The notes below the pieces were generated by a model. The model did not search any database, was not told the DNA's origin, and worked only from the letters and a program-made list of their open reading frames with translations. Of a stretch of DNA of 64,000 nucleotides, positions 60,302-64,000 are shown piece by piece. Positions within the stretch are counted from its first letter, which is position 1. Every line of letters starts with the position of its first letter. The translations under genes and the position numbers were made by a program. Location: contig NW_015165268.1 in NCBI RefSeq assembly GCF_001447785.1, positions 532,688 to 596,687 of the forward strand. Direction: 5' to 3'. The stretch is from Gekko japonicus (taxonomy: Eukaryota).

Positions 60302-60904
60302 CTGTAAAACGAAAGCTATAATTACTTTTCTGACAGAAGTTGTGAGGATGAATTAGATCTAAATTGCAAAACACTTTATATGCAAATAGCTGCCTGATAA
60401 GCCTTCTTGCACCATTGTATAAGCACTTGGAATGGGGTATAACAAATGCAACACCACAAAATATCATATAAGTGTTGCAGCAACAATACGAAAAAATCAT
60501 GGACAAGTACATTATTGTAAATGTTTGAAATTAGATCTTGAATTGATTTGCTTCCCAACATTCATTTCACAGTTCTGCACATTTTGAATGTTGCATATCC
60601 ACTGCATGTTTTTAAATATTAAAATATTGCCCAGTACCGACAAACAAAGTGAAATCTGTTCTGACCTTCATATGATATTTGATTGGACCAGTAATGGATA
60701 GGAAATGATTTATAATGTGATAAATGATTTATACTGGCATTTCATATATAGAGATGATAGTTTGCAATAGAAAATATAATCAGCTAATCAACATTTTATT
60801 TGTAGTGTATGGCCAATATGAACACATAAAGCTGCCTTACAGACTATTAGTCTATCAAATAGTTACCATTCTGACTGGCAGCAGATCTACAGAGACTAAA
60901 GTAG

Positions 60905-61045
60905 AGGAGAAGAAGAAGAAGAAGAGATTGGATTTATACCCTGCCCTTCACTTGGAGTCTCAGAGCGGCTTACAAACTCCTTTCCCTTCCCCTCCCCACA
61001 ACAGACACCCTGTGAGGTGGGTGGGGCTGAGAGAACTCTGACACA
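60905..61045 (-). mobile_element. Squam3-like SINE 3' part with (CTT)n tail, nested in a tRNA-SINE
   Basis: (aag)n then ttggatttataccctgccc...ccccacaacagacaccctgtgaggtgggtggggctgagaga. Confidence 0.75.
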
Positions 61046-61220
61046 AACTGCCTTCCACATCACCTACTAGCTGATCCTTTTAAACTGGAGATACCAGGGA
61101 TCAAATCTGGGCCTTTCTGCATGCAGAGTAGATGTTCTTCCACTGAGCTGCATCCTTTCCCCTCATCATTTTTAGAAACATGAATGCAATTTTGGGTTTT
61201 CAGTGATACTTCTTTCATCT

Positions 61221-62665
61221 TGTGATATTATAGAGATATGGGCTAATGCCATAGCAATTAAAAATTAACCAAGAAAGGCCTGCCCATTTATTCACTAGGG
61301 AAAAAAAATTAAAAAGAGAAGCTGTGAATGAACAAATTCCTTTTTCTTTCCTGTCCCCCTGTTCTCTCCCTCCATCTTTGCTCTCTTTTTCCTCTGTCTC
61401 CTCTCCCAACCTGGAATATTAATCTGCAGTCTGGGATTGAGGCATTTTTGGATGGTCAGGTAGACAGGATGGACAGTTGGAAAGATTCTCCTCCCTCTTC
61501 TCCATCATCTGTGGGGCTGATGTTAATGCCTTGGCTGTACCACCTGAGATTCACCTTAATAATGACAGCATTTCCCAGGGAGTATATTGAGGAGACATCT
61601 CAGAGTCATCTCAAAAAGAGAAACAGTGAATGAACAAATTCCTTTTTCTTTCCTGTTCCCCTATTCTCTCCCTCCATCTTTGCTCTCTTTTTCCTCTGTC
61701 TCCTCTCCCAACCTAGAATATTAATCTGCAGTCTGGGATTGAGGCATTTTTGGATGGTCAGGTAGACAGGATGGACAGTTGGAAAGATTCTCCTCCCTCT
61801 TCTCCATCATCTGTGGGGCTGATGTTAATGCCTTGGCTGTACCACCTGAGATTCACCTTTGACAATGACTGCATTTCCAAGGGAGTATATTGATGAGGCA
61901 TCTCAGAGACATCAGAAATAGCATCAGAGGTATCAGGGAAGGCAAAGGGGGGGGGAATGTATTATCTTTCCACCTGTTCTCAAGCCATCTGTGATAGACT
62001 GTCAAGAATTAATGCCCAACAGAGTCTGAGAACCTTTGAGTGACAAGCTGTTGAGAATTCTGCTGAGAAAGTCAGTTAAGGAATGACAGTTGGGGACTGA
62101 CAGTTGAAAAAGAGACAGCCAAGCACTGACGGTGGACTGGGAAGGAAGCTAAGAGAGTGAATGGATGAAAGAGGATCCTCATTCAAGCAAAAAAAGGGAA
62201 ATAGTTTCTAGTAAAGAAAAGTGATCCCTGCACATTTAGGAAGAGGAATAGCTTCTAAAAAAAGAGGACTGATGTCTGGTCTGTGTATAAAGAAGGATTT
62301 TGGGAACTTGGTTGTATCTTCCTGCCTTCTAAACTTTACATGCTGGTAAAACTCAGAAACCTATGTTTATGTGTTTAAGCAGAAACTAAGAAAACCTCTC
62401 TCCTCAAAGTTTTAAAGAGCTTGTTGAATAGCAGAAACACTTGTTGGCAACATATTATCTGGTGTTTGTGTGAATACAAAATTACCTCAGTTTTACTATC
62501 TGTTCACCTCATATATCCTACCCGATTTCACCTGACATTTTCTCTTCCAAGTTAAGTAAAATATTTTGTTTATTTTGAACTTTCAAAAGCCTTTCATGTG
62601 CCATTTCAAAAGCAAAATATAAGAAGGTGATTTTTATGTCTTCTCTCAGATCCTGGGGCTGAGTT
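61221..62665 (+). mobile_element. Possible long LTR containing the tandem duplication
   Basis: Starts tgtgata. Purine-rich gagaa/gacagtt R-like segment followed by a T-rich U5-like segment. No TSD seen. Confidence 0.35.
61311..61913 (+). repeat. Tandem duplication, two ~302-bp units
   Basis: gtgaatgaacaaattcc begins at 61324 and again at 61626. Units are near-identical except at their ends. Confidence 0.96.
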
Positions 62666-62689
62666 AGCCTCCATCATCCATCTATCCAT

Positions 62690-64000
62690 CTACCCACCCA
62701 CCAGTACGGGCTCAGATGTGAATAGGGCTTTGAGGTGGTCAAACATCTCCTGACATGCATTAGTCCAGTTCAGTTTAGCCCCGGGGCGGGTGCTTTCTGG
62801 CCCCTTCCCCTTAGCCTGAAACAAATCCGTGAGCAGTAAACTCACCTGGGTGAAGTTCGCGAAAAAGGACCGGTAGAAATTGGTGAACCCGAGGAATCGT
62901 TGGAGTTGCCTCCAGGTTTGAGGAGGTTCCCACCCCACAATATCCCGGACCTTGGCCAGATCCACCTCCAACCCCCTAGGGGAAATGTGGTATCCCAGAA
63001 AGTCTATCTCAGTACAATGGAAGTCACATTTCAACAGCTTGGAAAACAGTTTGTGCTTGTGTAATGTGTGCAGGACCTCCTGCACCAACTTCATGTGAGA
63101 AGGTTTATCAGGGGAATCTATCAACATATCATCTAGGTAAACAATGACACACTTGAACAAATGCTTGTGTAACACGTCATTGATCAGGTTCATGAGGACC
63201 CTTGGAGCCCCCTGAAGTCCGAAAGGTATCACTTGATACTCAAACTGTCCCAATGGGGTGTTAAACACCATCTTATACTCATCCCCTTCCTTTATACAGA
63301 CCCAGAAATAGGCATCCCTGAGGTCAAGCTTCGAGCTTGGCCGCTTTGGCCAGGAGATCCTTCATGAGGGGCAGGGGGTATGCATTAGTGGTAGACACTG
63401 CATTCAAGTCCCTATAGTCCGTACATAGCCTCAGTCCTCCATCTTTTTTTTTTCCTGGAACAATACAGGGGCAGCAAAAAGGGAGGACGCGGGATGAATG
63501 AAACCTCAAGCCAGGGTTTTGTCAATAAATTTATGCAATTCTTCCTTTTCCCATGGACTCATGGCGTACAGTTTCCCTTTAGGCAACTTCTGGCCCGGAA
63601 TCAACTTGATAGCACAATCTGAGTGTCTGTGAGGTGGCAATTCGTCCACCTCCTCTTCCTTAAACACCCGTGTCAGGTCCCGGTGCTCCAGGGGGATGGA
63701 AGTCAGCTCCTCCTTGGCTAGGCAAGCTTTCATCGGTTCATCGAGAGGGGGGGCCACAGCCCCTCCCATATGTGTGTTTGGCATTTAGGTGAAATAAACT
63801 TAATTACGCACTCATCCCATGGAATATAGGGGTCGTGGTCATGAAGCCACGGGCTGCCCAGCACTAGAGGGAAATGAGCTGCTGGAGTGATGTCAAAGGG
63901 CTGATGCTCCCAATGCACTCCTGCCCCCATCCATAAAGGCACAGTCTCATATTTACAAGAGTCTTTCATAGCTGACCCATCCATTTGGGTAAACACAATG
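62690..64000 (-). mobile_element. Ty3/Gypsy (sushi/chromovirus-like) pol fragment: protease end and RT, frameshifted
   Basis: [46 protein letters not shown]...YPLP, PFGLQGAP, VIVYLDDMLI, FLGFTNFYR. Truncated before RNase H. Continues beyond the window. Confidence 0.95.

Overview
This is eukaryotic, repeat-rich DNA, almost certainly from a squamate reptile and most likely a gecko (Sauria SINE, RTE-BovB, CR1, L2, RTE-X, Penelope, and many copies of a 'tagggttgcc...ggcaacccta' non-autonomous transposon family). I found no convincing host protein-coding exon in 64 kb, so this looks like a gene desert or a very large intron. Every long ORF with a recognisable product is transposon-derived. Main result: two diverged L1-type elements (about 11995-13590 + and 40703-43145 -) that carry only ORF1 and no ORF2. 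The second is bounded by a perfect 15-bp target-site duplication (TSD), so it inserted as a ~1.8-kb ORF1-only ('half-L1'-like) unit. The two copies share a 5'UTR hairpin with compensatory base changes. Also present: a Penelope-borne hammerhead ribozyme with a near-intact core (53045-53092 -), a Gmr1-type Gypsy relic (integrase before RT), 5S-rRNA-derived SINEs, a solo LTR, several MITEs with clean TSDs, two local duplications, a few candidate non-coding exons and several repeat-free segments that may be conserved non-coding elements. Family names come from motif recognition by eye, not from database searches. Boundaries not anchored by a TSD are approximate.
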